Assembly: GCA_001915065.1 (NCBI GenBank)
Contig: MNDT01000020.1
Coordinates: 1-61,259, forward strand
Length of the DNA: 61,259 bases
Direction of reading: 5' to 3'
Source: an archaeon 13_2_20CM_2_53_6
GTDB lineage: Archaea; Thermoproteota; Bathyarchaeia; 40CM-2-53-6
Shown here: one piece after another, positions 46,396 to 56,980 of the stretch
Position numbering within the stretch: position 1 is the first letter of the stretch
How the letters are laid out: each line of letters starts with the position of its first letter
Position numbers and translations under genes: made by a program
Notes under the pieces: generated by a model
Seen by the model: the letters and a program-made list of their open reading frames with translations, nothing else
Told to the model about the DNA's origin: nothing
Databases searched by the model: none

Positions 46396-49300
46396 ATGGC
46401 AGTAACAACAACCCAGCTTTGGAACCTCACCAAGGAGTTCATCCATGACAGCGGCTTAGTTAGACAACATATAGACTCGTACAACGAATTCGTTGAACGC
46501 GGCCTCCAAGCCATCGTAGATGAAGTCGGAGATCTGCCCATAGAAATCGGTGACTATCCCCTAAAAATCAAGCTAGGCAAGATCGAGATTGGAGCGCCCA
46601 GGGTAATTGAGGTAGACGGGACAGAACGATCAATCTATCCGGCAGAGGCGAGAATCAGGAACCTGACCTACGCCGCTCCTCTACATATGGAGATGATCCC
46701 GGTCATCGGAGAACGAGAAGGACAGCCGGAGATGGTCTACATCGGAGATTTGCCTGTGATGCTCAAATCTCGAATCTGTCTCCTATCCAAATTATCCCCG
46801 GATGACCTGATAGGCGTCGGAGAGGACCCTCTAGATCCTGGGGGGTACTTCATAGTCAACGGCTCAGAACGAGTAATTGTAGCTCTAGAAGATCTCGCTG
46901 CAAACAGGATACTTGTCGACATAGAACACACAGGTGTTAATCCCGCCTACAAAGCCAAGATCTTCTCTACGACCGTAGGATTCAGAGCCCGCATAGAGGT
47001 CACGCTCAAGAGCGACGCAGGCGTCTACGTCACAATGCCCGGCATTCCCAGCGACATCCCTTTCATGATTCTGATGAGAGCGCTGGGATTCGAAGAGGAT
47101 GCCAGAGTTGCTGAACTCGTCAGTCTAGATCCGTCAATCCAGAACGAGCTGGAGGGATCTTTCGAGAAATCGCTAGAAGCGACGAATCAGAGAGACGCGC
47201 TACTCTACTTGGGGAATAGGCTAGCACCTGGGCAGGTCGATGAATATCGACTCAGGAAGGCCGAATCCGTTCTTGACAGAAACTTCCTCCCCCACATGGG
47301 GCGTGTCCCGGGCGACAGGAGAGAAAAGGGGCTTTTCCTTGCCGAGATCGCGACGCGAATAATAGAGGTGAAGCTGGGAAGGAAGACTCCCGACGACAAG
47401 GATCATTATGCAAACAAGCGACTGAAGCTGGCAGGGTCGCTCCTCGCCGAACTGTTCAGAATCTCTTTCCGCAACCTTACTCGTGACCTGAAATACCAGT
47501 TGGAAAGGATAACCATCCGACGACACATCGAGTTCTCTATTGCCAACGCGATTAGACCGGGAATAATAACCGAAAGGGTCCAGCACGCCATCGCGACTGG
47601 GAACTGGGTGCGGGGAAGAATAGGAGTCACACAGCTGCTGGACAGAACCAACTTCGTCAGCACCCTAAGCCATCTACGCCGACTTCAGTCGCCACTCAGC
47701 AGAAGTCAGCCCAACCTGGAGGCAAGAGACCTCCATCCTACCCACTACGGAAGGCTCTGCCCCGACGAGACTCCCGAAGGGTCAAACTGCGGCCTAGTCA
47801 AGAACCTCGCACTGTCTAGTAGCATCTCCGTGGGAATCGATCCGAAAGAAATCGTTGACAAGCTTCATCGAATGGGAGTCACGCCCGTCGAAGAGTCTGA
47901 CAAGAGACTTCGCGCGACGGGTGGAAAGGTAGTAGTGGACGGTATCATTGCAGGATACTCAAAGGATCCTGTTGCCCTCGCTGATGAACTGAGAGAGTAC
48001 AGACGCCAGGGCAAAATGAGCTCCGAGATGAACATTGCATATCACCCGCCTGAAGTCGAGGATGGACGGAGAGAACTGTACATCAACTGCGACTCAGGGA
48101 GGGTTCGGCGTCCCCTAATCGTGGTGGACTCGGGCAGACCGAGACTCACCGAAGAACACTTGGCGTCGGTAGACGATGGACGGTTGAGCTGGCAGGACCT
48201 GATCCGGAATGGAGTGGTCGAGATGCTTGATGCCGACGAGGAGGAGAATGCTCTGGTGGCAATGTATGAGCACGAGCTGCGGAGAGATCATACTCACCTT
48301 GAGATCGCCCCGTATCTAATGCTCGGTATCGCGGCAAGCCTAATCCCATTTCCCGAGCACAACCAGTCCCCCCGCAACGCGTACGAGTCGGCAATGGCCA
48401 AGCAGGCTCTTGGCGTGTTCTCCACAAACTTCTTCACTCGTGTCGATTCTCGTTCTCATCTCCTGCACTACCCCCAGACTCCCATAGTTCAGACGAAGCC
48501 CATGGAAGTCTTCAACTATCTAGAACGGCCCTCCGGACAGAATGTTGTCGTCGCCATTCTATCATTCCAAGGATACAACATGGAGGACGCGATCATTATC
48601 AACAAGTCATCGGTGGATCGAGGCCTCTTCAGGTCCACATTCTACCGGATCTATGAAGCAGAAAGCCGACAGTATCTGGGAGGCCTCCGTGACAAGTTCG
48701 AGATACCAGAAGCAGGTATCCGAGGGTACAGAGGAGACCGCTACTACCGCATGCTAGAAGAGGACGGGATGATCTCCCCCGAGGCAGAGACCATGGGCAA
48801 CACCGTCCTGGTCGGGAGAACGAGCCCCCCGAGATTTCTCGAAGAATATCGCGAGTTTGAGGTGAAGGGCCCTACCAAGAGGGACTCGTCGGTCACCATG
48901 AGACCATCCGAGCAAGGCATCATCGATCAGGTGTTCGTGACAGAGTCGATTGAAGGCAGCAAACTAGTGAAGGTCAAAGTCCGAGACCTGAGGATCCCAG
49001 AGCTAGGCGACAAGTTCGCGTCCCGTCATGGACAGAAGGGCGTCATCGGGCTACTTGTCCCACAAGAAGACATGCCCTTCACCGTAGACGGCGTCGTTCC
49101 GGACGTGATAATCAACCCACACGCAATCCCGTCGCGAATGACCATCGGCCAGTTCGTAGAAACACTCGGTGGTAAGACCGCATCACAGATGGGCGAGATA
49201 ATGGACGGAACAGCCTTCGAGAACGTGGGCCCAGAGGCCATTGGGGAGATTCTCAACAAACTTGGATTCCAGAGTAGTGGGCGTGAAACACTCTACAATG

Positions 49301-49743
49301 GGATCACAGGCGAGAGACTCGCAGCCGACTTATTCATCGGCGTGGTATACTACCAGAAATTACACCACATGGTCTCAGACAAGATGCACGCAAGGGCTCG
49401 GGGACAGGTTCAGATGCTGACAAGACAGCCAACAGAAGGTCGCGCACGCGGGGGAGGTCTTCGATTTGGCGAAATGGAGCGCGACTGTCTAATCGGGCAC
49501 GGTGCAAGCGCACTCCTCAGAGACCGGCTACTAGAAGAATCCGACAAGTACGTGGCGTATGTCTGCGAAGTCTGCGGCACCCTCGCATACCATGATATCA
49601 AACAGAACAAGTACATCTGCCGGATAGACGCTGAGAAGGCCCAGATCTCGCCGGTCGCAATATCATACGCGTTCAAGCTGCTCGTACAAGAGCTCATGGC
49701 GCTCGGAATCGCTCCTAGACTGAACCTAGAGGAGAGGGCGTAA
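46396..49743 (+). CDS. rpoB: RNA polymerase subunit Rpo2/B (unsplit)
   Basis: GDKFASRHGQKG, QPTEGRARGGGLRFGEMERD. Confidence 0.98.
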   Translation: MAVTTTQLWNLTKEFIHDSGLVRQHIDSYNEFVERGLQAIVDEVGDLPIEIGDYPLKIKLGKIEIGAPRVIEVDGTERSIYPAEARIRNLTYAAPLHMEMIPVIGEREGQPEMVYIGDLPVMLKSRICLLSKLSPDDLIGVGEDPLDPGGYFIVNGSERVIVALEDLAANRILVDIEHTGVNPAYKAKIFSTTVGFRARIEVTLKSDAGVYVTMPGIPSDIPFMILMRALGFEEDARVAELVSLDPSIQNELEGSFEKSLEATNQRDALLYLGNRLAPGQVDEYRLRKAESVLDRNFLPHMGRVPGDRREKGLFLAEIATRIIEVKLGRKTPDDKDHYANKRLKLAGSLLAELFRISFRNLTRDLKYQLERITIRRHIEFSIANAIRPGIITERVQHAIATGNWVRGRIGVTQLLDRTNFVSTLSHLRRLQSPLSRSQPNLEARDLHPTHYGRLCPDETPEGSNCGLVKNLALSSSISVGIDPKEIVDKLHRMGVTPVEESDKRLRATGGKVVVDGIIAGYSKDPVALADELREYRRQGKMSSEMNIAYHPPEVEDGRRELYINCDSGRVRRPLIVVDSGRPRLTEEHLASVDDGRLSWQDLIRNGVVEMLDADEEENALVAMYEHELRRDHTHLEIAPYLMLGIAASLIPFPEHNQSPRNAYESAMAKQALGVFSTNFFTRVDSRSHLLHYPQTPIVQTKPMEVFNYLERPSGQNVVVAILSFQGYNMEDAIIINKSSVDRGLFRSTFYRIYEAESRQYLGGLRDKFEIPEAGIRGYRGDRYYRMLEEDGMISPEAETMGNTVLVGRTSPPRFLEEYREFEVKGPTKRDSSVTMRPSEQGIIDQVFVTESIEGSKLVKVKVRDLRIPELGDKFASRHGQKGVIGLLVPQEDMPFTVDGVVPDVIINPHAIPSRMTIGQFVETLGGKTASQMGEIMDGTAFENVGPEAIGEILNKLGFQSSGRETLYNGITGERLAADLFIGVVYYQKLHHMVSDKMHARARGQVQMLTRQPTEGRARGGGLRFGEMERDCLIGHGASALLRDRLLEESDKYVAYVCEVCGTLAYHDIKQNKYICRIDAEKAQISPVAISYAFKLLVQELMALGIAPRLNLEERA

Positions 49744-49745
49744 CC

Positions 49746-52700
49746 ATGGCGCTAGCAATGGTGGACGAAGCTGCCAAGATAATACAGAGCATCCGTTTCA
49801 GCCTACTCTCCCCGGGGGAGCTCCGCAAGCTCTCAGCAGTCGAGATACAAGCCGCCGACACCTACGACGAGGACGGAGTACCGATCGTCTCAGGTCTCAT
49901 GGACGGAAGACTCGGAACCCTCGAACCGCGACAGAAATGCAAGACGTGTGGGAATACCGCGTCTGCCTGCCCCGGGCATTTTGGACATATCGAACTCGCC
50001 GAGCCGGTGATACACGTGAGCTTTGCGAAACTCATCCATCGTCTCCTCTCGATCACGTGTCGAAACTGTGGAAGAATCCTCCTCACCGAAGAGAAGATCG
50101 AAAAGTACAGAGCCAGACACGCTGAGCTAAAACAGCGCCTGAACACGGTCCCAGACGCCTTTCTAGACGAGATTATCCGGGACGCAAAGAAGGCCCAGCA
50201 GTGCCCCCACTGCAGCCAAAAGCAGTATCCGATCGAGCATGGAAAGCCCACAACCTTCCACGAGATAGTAGCCGAAGGAGGGGCGGTGCGTCTAACCCCG
50301 AGCACCGTTAGAGAAAGACTTGAGAGAATAACCGACGACGACCTCATCCTGCTCGGTCTCGACCCGAAAGCAGCTCGGCCAGAATGGGCTGTGCTACAGG
50401 TAATGCCCGTTCCCCCTGTCTCTGTAAGACCAAGCATCACGCTAGAGTCTGGAATCAGATCAGAGGACGACCTGACCCACAAGCTCGTCGACATAATCCG
50501 GATCAACCAGAAGCTCAGAGAAGCCCTCGAATCCGGAGTACCCATCAACATAATCCAGGAGCTGCACGAGCTACTCCAGTATCACGTAACCACCTACTTC
50601 GACAACGAGGTCTCAGGTCTTCCTCCTGCCCGACACAGGTCAGGCAGGGCGCTGAAGACCCTCGTACAGAGGCTCAAAGGGAAGGAGGGTAGGTTCAGAG
50701 GAAACCTGTCCGGGAAGAGAGTCGACTTCTCAGCTAGGACAGTCGTTTCTCCAGATCCCAACCTGGACATCAACGAGGTCGGGGTCCCGCTCGACGTTGC
50801 GAGCAGGCTCACAATTCCCGAGAAGGTTACCGCGCACAACATGGACGAGATGAAGCGGCTCATCGACAACGGTCCCGACAACTACCCAGGGGCGTTGTAC
50901 ATCGTGCGTCCTGATGGGAGACGGGTTCGTCTAGAGTTCGTCACAGACAGGAAGGTAGTGGCGGAGGCTATGCAGCCAGGCTTTGTCGTGGAGAGGCATC
51001 TCCGGGATGGCGACATTGTCCTGTTCAACCGCCAGCCGAGCCTTCACCGAATGTCGATAATGGCCCATCGGGTTCGTGTCCTCCCGTACAAGACCTTCAG
51101 GCTCAACCCGACCGTGTGTCCGCCGTACAATGCGGACTTTGACGGGGACGAGATGAACCTGCATGTCCCGCAGGGAGAAGAGGCGCGCACTGAAGCTCGG
51201 CTATTGATGCAGGTGCAGGACCAGATTCTCTCACCAAGATACGGTGGACCCATCATTGGAGCGATACGCGACTCACTGACGGCGGGCTTCCTTCTTACCC
51301 AGAAATCGACGAGTCTCGATCTGCATGACGTGTCGAAGCTCTTGGCGGCCGCGGGCTATGAAGGGCCCGTGCCTGAACCTGCCTCGGCTCGGCCAGAGGA
51401 GAGATGGACGGGCAAACAGATCTTCAGCATAGTACTACCAAAAGGCTTCAACTTTGTCTCGAAGTCTAATCTTTCCAGCTACTACAAGTGCGAGGACTGC
51501 AACAGGGGAGTGTTGCACGACTGCCCCTTCGACGCGTTCATTGTTATCAAGGATGGTATCCTCGAACAGGGCGTCATCGACAAGGCCTCGATAGGAGCGG
51601 AAAAGTCTGAGAGCCTATTCCACCGTATAGTCAAGGACTATGGAGCCGAAGAGGCTCGCCGGTTCCTCAACGCGGTTACGAGACTCCTGGACAGGTTCAT
51701 GCTCCTCCGCGGATTCACATACGCGATGGACGAGCTGCAGACACCCGCAGCGGTCAAGGAGAAGATCTCTCGGGCCATAGCCAAGGCTGAGGAGAAGGTT
51801 GACGAGTACATCGACAACTTCCGGAAGGGTTCTCTTGAACGTCTTCCCGGCCAGTCAATGGAAGAATCGCTGGAGATATACATCATGAACGAGCTCTCCC
51901 GGGCTCGGGATGTCGCGGGGGACATCGCTGACCAGTACTTCCAGATGGACAACAGCGGGGTCATCATGAGCAGAGCAGGTGCCAGAGGGTCATCGCTGAA
52001 CATCGGCCAGATGACTGCCAACGTGGGACAGCAGTCCATCCGAGGCAAGAGGATCCTTAGAGGATACAGGGGAAGAGCGCTGAGCTTCTTCAAGCCTGGA
52101 GACGTGAGGGCTGCACCGCGGGGATTCGTCTATCACAGCTACCGTGACGGCCTTGAACCAATAGAGTTCTTCTTCCACGCCATGGGGGGAAGAGAGGGGC
52201 TGGTCGATACGGCTGTCAGGACCCAGCAGAGCGGCTACATGCAACGCCGGCTCATTAACGCGCTCGAACACTTGAGGGTCGAGTATGACTCGACGGTCCG
52301 AGACTCGCGGGGCAACATTATCCAGGTCAGATACGGAGAGGATGGGGTCGACACGGCCAAGAGCGACCATGGAAAGGCGGTGAACATTGACAGGCTAGTT
52401 GAACGTGTACGGCTCACTATGAAGAAGGGGACATCGGCGGGCAAGGAGTATGTCGAGGAGCAGGCCGAGAAGGCTAAGGAGGTTCTATCCCCACTCATCC
52501 TCAGTCGACTACGACAGACACTGCTCAACGCCAAGCTGACGAAGGCCGGCGTTGACGACGCGGTTGACGGTGCCATCGAGAACTACAAGCGAGCTCTCGT
52601 CGAGCCGGGCGAGGCTGCGGGAATAGTCTCGGCTCAGTCGATAGGCGAGCCGGGCACGCAGATGACCCTGCGCACTTTCCACTTTGCAGGCGTCAGAGAA

Positions 52701-53591
52701 CAGAACGTTACGCTAGGTCTGCCGAGGCTCATCGAGATAGTTGACGCTAGGAAGATTCCGTCAACACCGAACATGATTGTCTACCTGGACGCGAAGCACC
52801 GGATGAGCAGGGAGAAGGCACAGGAGGTTGCGACGCTGCTCACGCATACGACGCTCGGGGATATTGCGAGTAGTTTCGAGACGGACGTGACGCATATGCG
52901 TGTCGAGGTGAAGCTGAATCCTCAGGTGATGAGGGAGAGGGAGGTGACTGTCGCCGAGGTCCGGGAGGCGTTGACGCTGTCGAGCGCGGATGTGAAGGTC
53001 GAGTCTTACAATGTCGAGATAAAGGCGAAGGACCTGGAGATTCCCCAGTTCCGGAGACTTGTCACAAAGCTGAACGTTGCTCATATCAAGGGTATACCGG
53101 CGGTGAAGAGGGCACTGGTGGTGGAGGAGAAGGGCGAGTGGATCGTCCGGACGGAGGGATCGAGTCTCGCGCTAGCGCTTGAGGTGCCGGGGGTGGACAC
53201 GTCGCGGACGGTCAGCAACAGCATCAACGAGACCGCCGTGGTGCTCGGGATAGAAGCGGCCCGGAACGTTATCGTCAAAGAGGCGCTCGGGGTGCTCGAG
53301 GAGCAGGGGCTCGACGTCGACGTGCGGCATGTCATGCTCGTGGCGGACATGATGACCTCGTCGGGAGATGTTCTCCAGGTTGGACGACACGGAGTGAGCG
53401 GGGAGAAGGCGAGCACACTGGCCAAGGCGGCGTTTGAGATTACGATACCGACCATAGTGGATGCGGCGGTGAAGGGGATTACGGACACGCTGCGGGGCGT
53501 GGCGGAGAACGTGATAGTCGGGCAGCAGATCCCCATGGGGACTGGTCTGATCGAGGTCTCCATGTCGATGCCTCGCAGGACAGCGAAATAG
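49746..53591 (+). CDS. rpoA: RNA polymerase subunit Rpo1 (fused A'+A'')
   Basis: YNADFDGDEMN and GEPGTQMTLRTFH in one 1281-aa ORF. Confidence 0.97.
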   Translation: MALAMVDEAAKIIQSIRFSLLSPGELRKLSAVEIQAADTYDEDGVPIVSGLMDGRLGTLEPRQKCKTCGNTASACPGHFGHIELAEPVIHVSFAKLIHRLLSITCRNCGRILLTEEKIEKYRARHAELKQRLNTVPDAFLDEIIRDAKKAQQCPHCSQKQYPIEHGKPTTFHEIVAEGGAVRLTPSTVRERLERITDDDLILLGLDPKAARPEWAVLQVMPVPPVSVRPSITLESGIRSEDDLTHKLVDIIRINQKLREALESGVPINIIQELHELLQYHVTTYFDNEVSGLPPARHRSGRALKTLVQRLKGKEGRFRGNLSGKRVDFSARTVVSPDPNLDINEVGVPLDVASRLTIPEKVTAHNMDEMKRLIDNGPDNYPGALYIVRPDGRRVRLEFVTDRKVVAEAMQPGFVVERHLRDGDIVLFNRQPSLHRMSIMAHRVRVLPYKTFRLNPTVCPPYNADFDGDEMNLHVPQGEEARTEARLLMQVQDQILSPRYGGPIIGAIRDSLTAGFLLTQKSTSLDLHDVSKLLAAAGYEGPVPEPASARPEERWTGKQIFSIVLPKGFNFVSKSNLSSYYKCEDCNRGVLHDCPFDAFIVIKDGILEQGVIDKASIGAEKSESLFHRIVKDYGAEEARRFLNAVTRLLDRFMLLRGFTYAMDELQTPAAVKEKISRAIAKAEEKVDEYIDNFRKGSLERLPGQSMEESLEIYIMNELSRARDVAGDIADQYFQMDNSGVIMSRAGARGSSLNIGQMTANVGQQSIRGKRILRGYRGRALSFFKPGDVRAAPRGFVYHSYRDGLEPIEFFFHAMGGREGLVDTAVRTQQSGYMQRRLINALEHLRVEYDSTVRDSRGNIIQVRYGEDGVDTAKSDHGKAVNIDRLVERVRLTMKKGTSAGKEYVEEQAEKAKEVLSPLILSRLRQTLLNAKLTKAGVDDAVDGAIENYKRALVEPGEAAGIVSAQSIGEPGTQMTLRTFHFAGVREQNVTLGLPRLIEIVDARKIPSTPNMIVYLDAKHRMSREKAQEVATLLTHTTLGDIASSFETDVTHMRVEVKLNPQVMREREVTVAEVREALTLSSADVKVESYNVEIKAKDLEIPQFRRLVTKLNVAHIKGIPAVKRALVVEEKGEWIVRTEGSSLALALEVPGVDTSRTVSNSINETAVVLGIEAARNVIVKEALGVLEEQGLDVDVRHVMLVADMMTSSGDVLQVGRHGVSGEKASTLAKAAFEITIPTIVDAAVKGITDTLRGVAENVIVGQQIPMGTGLIEVSMSMPRRTAK

Positions 53592-53594
53592 GCC

Positions 53595-53903
53595 ATGGTC
53601 GACGTTAACAAGCAGATAAGGAGAGCGGTCAAATCCGGCAAGGTCGGGTTCGGCTCGAAGGACGCGCTGTCGAGCGCTGCCTCTGCCCGGGCGAAGCTGA
53701 TCATACTCGCAAAGAACTGTAGGGAATCCGACCGCGAGGATATTCTTCACAACGCTGAACAGTCCGAGGTTCCAGTCTACATCTTCCCCGGCTCCAGTCT
53801 GGATCTCGGGGCCGTCTGCGAGAAGCCCTTCCCAGTGTCCGCGCTGGTCGTCCGCGAGGCGGGCGACTCGGAGGTCCTGAAACTGGTCGCTGAGAAAAAG
53901 TGA
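53595..53903 (+). CDS. rpl30e: Ribosomal protein L30e
   Basis: KSGKVGFG, DLGAVCEKPF, GDS; synteny. Confidence 0.93.
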   Translation: MVDVNKQIRRAVKSGKVGFGSKDALSSAASARAKLIILAKNCRESDREDILHNAEQSEVPVYIFPGSSLDLGAVCEKPFPVSALVVREAGDSEVLKLVAEKK

Positions 53904-54340
53904 TGCTCCAGCCCAAGATCAAGCTGACCAGTGAGGAGATGAAGTACATGGCCCTCTTCGAGAGCATCACCGGCGCGACAACCCAGGACTGTATTATCGA
54001 CGAGAAGCTTGAGAGGATTATTTTCGTTGCGAAGCCGGGAGACATGGGGCTCGCCATTGGCAAGGGCGGGAAGAACATCAACATGCTCCGCCGGATGACC
54101 AGCCGGCAGATAGAAGTGGTAGAGTATGCAGAGACTCCCGAGGCTCTTATCAGGAATAGTCTGGCGCCGGCGCGGTTGAAGGAGATCCGGGTGACGGAGC
54201 GGCCGGATAAGAAGATCGTCGTGGTCGAGGTGGACCCGCGCGACAAGGCGATTGCCATCGGCAAGAATGGCCGGACTATCGACAAGACGCGTCTGCTTGT
54301 GAAGCGCTACTTCGACATAGACCATGTAGTAGTCGCATGA
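53900..54340 (+). CDS. nusA: Archaeal NusA
   Basis: Two KH motifs, AIGKGG and AIGKNG. Confidence 0.95.
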   Translation: MMLQPKIKLTSEEMKYMALFESITGATTQDCIIDEKLERIIFVAKPGDMGLAIGKGGKNINMLRRMTSRQIEVVEYAETPEALIRNSLAPARLKEIRVTERPDKKIVVVEVDPRDKAIAIGKNGRTIDKTRLLVKRYFDIDHVVVA

Positions 54341-54377
54341 AGCGGCGAGATTCGCATTATTGCGTCGCGAGACTCAA

Positions 54378-54565
54378 CGCTTTTGAGATTTTTGGATAGG
54401 GCTCCCGCCTGTTGAACGCGATCTGGGGCGGGTCTCGCGATTCTGGGCTTGGAACGGGCGGGTCCGGCGTTTTAGAAGGCGCAAGTTATCCGCATGAATC
54501 AGCGTGAAAAAGTGTCGATTTGAAAACGCCTGCTTGAATCTTCGATCTGGGCTTATTCCGAACGA
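54378..54565 (-). repeat. Degenerate dispersed intergenic element, copy 2
   Basis: Reverse complement aligns to 29961-30145. Confidence 0.5.
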
Positions 54566-54764
54566 TTTCAAGTGAACTATTCGCCGAGGGGCCGGGTGGC
54601 GGCGCGAGATGGAGCGATGGGGTTTTTGAAAAAAAGAATTCTTGCTTTCTTTTCGCGGTTTTGAAATTGAATGTTACGATTTTTTGGACGGGGTCTTGTT
54701 GGCGGGGCGTTATCCTTAGAAACAAGTCCGATGGCTACGCTCTACCTAACAAAGGTCGAGGATT

Positions 54765-55202
54765 ATGGGTAAGGCTTCGAGCGGTATGTTCGCGGGGCGG
54801 AAGTTGCGGAAGCGTCGGAAGGGCTTCCGTTGGGCTTATGCGCCCTATAAGCGGCGGATGCTCGGCCTCGACTACAAGGCCGACCCGCTAGAAGGGGCGC
54901 CGCAGGGCCGGGCAATCGTGCTAGAGAAGGTGGGTGTGGAGTGCCGGCAGCCTAACAGCGCCGTCCGAAAGTGCGTCCGTGCACAGCTCATCAAGAATGG
55001 CAAGGTCGTTACTGCTTTCCTGCCGGGCGACGGGGCGCTGAACTTCATAGATGAACACGACGAGGTGCAGATTGAGGGTATTGGAGGTGCCGAGGGCAAA
55101 GCCTACGGAGATCTTCCCGGGACAAGATACCGGGTCTACACGGTTAACGGTGTCAGTCTGGATGCTTTGTTGAGGGGTAAGAAGGAGAAGCCGCGCCGTT
55201 AG
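54765..55202 (+). CDS. rps12: Ribosomal protein S12 (uS12)
   Basis: [26 protein letters not shown]. Confidence 0.97.
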   Translation: MGKASSGMFAGRKLRKRRKGFRWAYAPYKRRMLGLDYKADPLEGAPQGRAIVLEKVGVECRQPNSAVRKCVRAQLIKNGKVVTAFLPGDGALNFIDEHDEVQIEGIGGAEGKAYGDLPGTRYRVYTVNGVSLDALLRGKKEKPRR

Positions 55203-55346
55203 CAGTTATCGCTTAGGGTCCGGAGTTAGCTGTCCCATGTCCTGTCAACATATGGTTCGACTATCTTTTTGTGTAAAAAGAGTCCATACTTCTTTTCTAA
55301 TCAAGGCTAACCGATCTGAGAGATTACAGGAAGCGAATAGAGAAAA

Positions 55347-55496
55347 TTGGCGCTAGTCTGGGGAGCAGTCTGCACCGAATGCCAGCTACTGGCAGTCGAG
55401 AACTGCCCCCACTGCACGAGAGATCTATGTGAGAAACACAGCGGCCGCCACGACTGCGAAAGACTCAGATCCAGAGAATACGCAGTCGCAGGCTAG
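55347..55496 (+). CDS. 49-aa AN1-like zinc-finger microprotein
   Basis: Not in ORF track; C-x2-C-x7-C-x2-C-x4-C-x2-H-x3-H-x-C; TTG start. Confidence 0.65.
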   Translation: MALVWGAVCTECQLLAVENCPHCTRDLCEKHSGRHDCERLRSREYAVAG

Positions 55497-55551
55497 AACA
55501 GAAAGAATAGATCCGTAAATCATCATCTCCTGCTCGTTGTCTACTCGGTTC

Positions 55552-56748
55552 TCAGTTCTGAGCCACCAGAGTCTTAGGATGTCCATGCCGAGTTCTGAAG
55601 TCCCGAAGCCCCATCTCCTCACCCATTACCACAACGGTGCTGTCGGATCGCCGCTGGTAGAATGGCATCCTCACAACACTGGCCGACACTCGCCGATCTC
55701 TAATCATGATCTCTAAAGATTGGCCTGGTTTTGAAACTCGGGGTGAGGCATAGCCCATCCCTATTCCAACCCCTAGTGTCGGAGACAAGGTGCCGCTCGT
55801 AACCCGCCCAATTCCGACGTCATCCGAACAGATCTCTTGGCCCTGTCTGGGGATTCCCTTGTCTGTAATCCGAAAGCCTGTCCGGACCCTCGAGGGGCCT
55901 CGCTCCTTCAGCTGTTTGATAGAAGCACGTCCGATGAAGTCGTCCTTCTTGTCCGAGCGGACAGCAAAGTTGAGCCTAGCCTCAACCGGCGACGTGTGCT
56001 CATCGATGTCGTTCCCGTAGAGACACATGCCGGCCTCTAGCCTCAACACGTCCCTCGCTCCCAGACCGACGGGCCTGAGTCCATGGTTCTTTCCAACTGA
56101 CAGGATCTTCTCCCAAACTTCGAGCGCGTCCTTTGGGTGCTCTGCACTAGTTTTCCAGATGTAGATCTCGAAGCCATCCTCGCCGGTGTAGCCGCTGCGA
56201 GTTATGAAACATGAGAGGCTTCCGACTTTAACGTCCCTGCCAGAATATCTCGCGATATCCTCCAGGGCAGTTCGAGAAATATCTCGAAGAATCAGCGCGG
56301 CCCTCGGTCCCTGGACGGCGAACATGGCCGACTCATCGGAAAGATCTGTCAGCGTAACATCTGCATCGCGATGCTGCTCGAGCCAGTTCCAGTTCTTCTC
56401 TCGATTCGCCGCATTGTAAACGACAAGGTATTTCGTGCTGTGAGTTCTGAAGATCGTAAGGTCGTCGATGATTCCGCCAGTCGGGTTGCAGAGTAGCGAG
56501 TAGTGGCCCTGTCCAACGGAGAGAGAAGATACGTCGTTGGTGGTTAGACGATTGAGGAATTTTTCCGCGTTCTTGCCTTCGACAGTTGTTCTTCCCATGT
56601 GGGAGACATCGAATAGGCCAACGCTTGACCTGACAGTTCTGCACTCGGGGACTATCCCTTCAAACCAGACGGGCAGATCGAATCCAGCATACTCGACGTT
56701 GTGGCCATGCTTCTCATGATACGAGTAGACCTGCGTCCTCTTCGCCAT
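55552..56748 (-). CDS. gcvT: Glycine cleavage T protein (aminomethyltransferase)
   Basis: LFDVSHMG, RSGYTGEDGFE, GLGARDVLRLEAG. Confidence 0.95.
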   Translation of the reverse strand: MAKRTQVYSYHEKHGHNVEYAGFDLPVWFEGIVPECRTVRSSVGLFDVSHMGRTTVEGKNAEKFLNRLTTNDVSSLSVGQGHYSLLCNPTGGIIDDLTIFRTHSTKYLVVYNAANREKNWNWLEQHRDADVTLTDLSDESAMFAVQGPRAALILRDISRTALEDIARYSGRDVKVGSLSCFITRSGYTGEDGFEIYIWKTSAEHPKDALEVWEKILSVGKNHGLRPVGLGARDVLRLEAGMCLYGNDIDEHTSPVEARLNFAVRSDKKDDFIGRASIKQLKERGPSRVRTGFRITDKGIPRQGQEICSDDVGIGRVTSGTLSPTLGVGIGMGYASPRVSKPGQSLEIMIRDRRVSASVVRMPFYQRRSDSTVVVMGEEMGLRDFRTRHGHPKTLVAQN

Positions 56749-56797
56749 TTTCCAGTTCCCTTAGAAAGGAAGCTCCGGACTGGATAGAAAAGGAGAG

Positions 56798-56980
56798 CTA
56801 TTGCGTCGGAGGAGTACTCTGCGGCTGGATCTTGAGATTCTCTATCGCAAAGCCCAGCTTCTTACCACACTTGGGACAGTAGCCGCCAAGACGCTGTATT
56901 GTCTCACTCGGCGTCTCCAGCTCTATTCCAGTATAGAGAGGTTCGCCACACTTTGCGCAAATGATCCGTTGAGGAGACAA
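56798..56980 (-). CDS. Small zinc-ribbon protein
   Basis: CAKCG...CPKCGKKL; TTG start at 56980. Confidence 0.7.
   Translation of the reverse strand: MSPQRIICAKCGEPLYTGIELETPSETIQRLGGYCPKCGKKLGFAIENLKIQPQSTPPTQ

Noticed and set aside
49862-54325. Long antisense ORFs within rpoA/rpl30e/nusA
   Set aside because: Shadow frames of GC-rich conserved genes; no motifs
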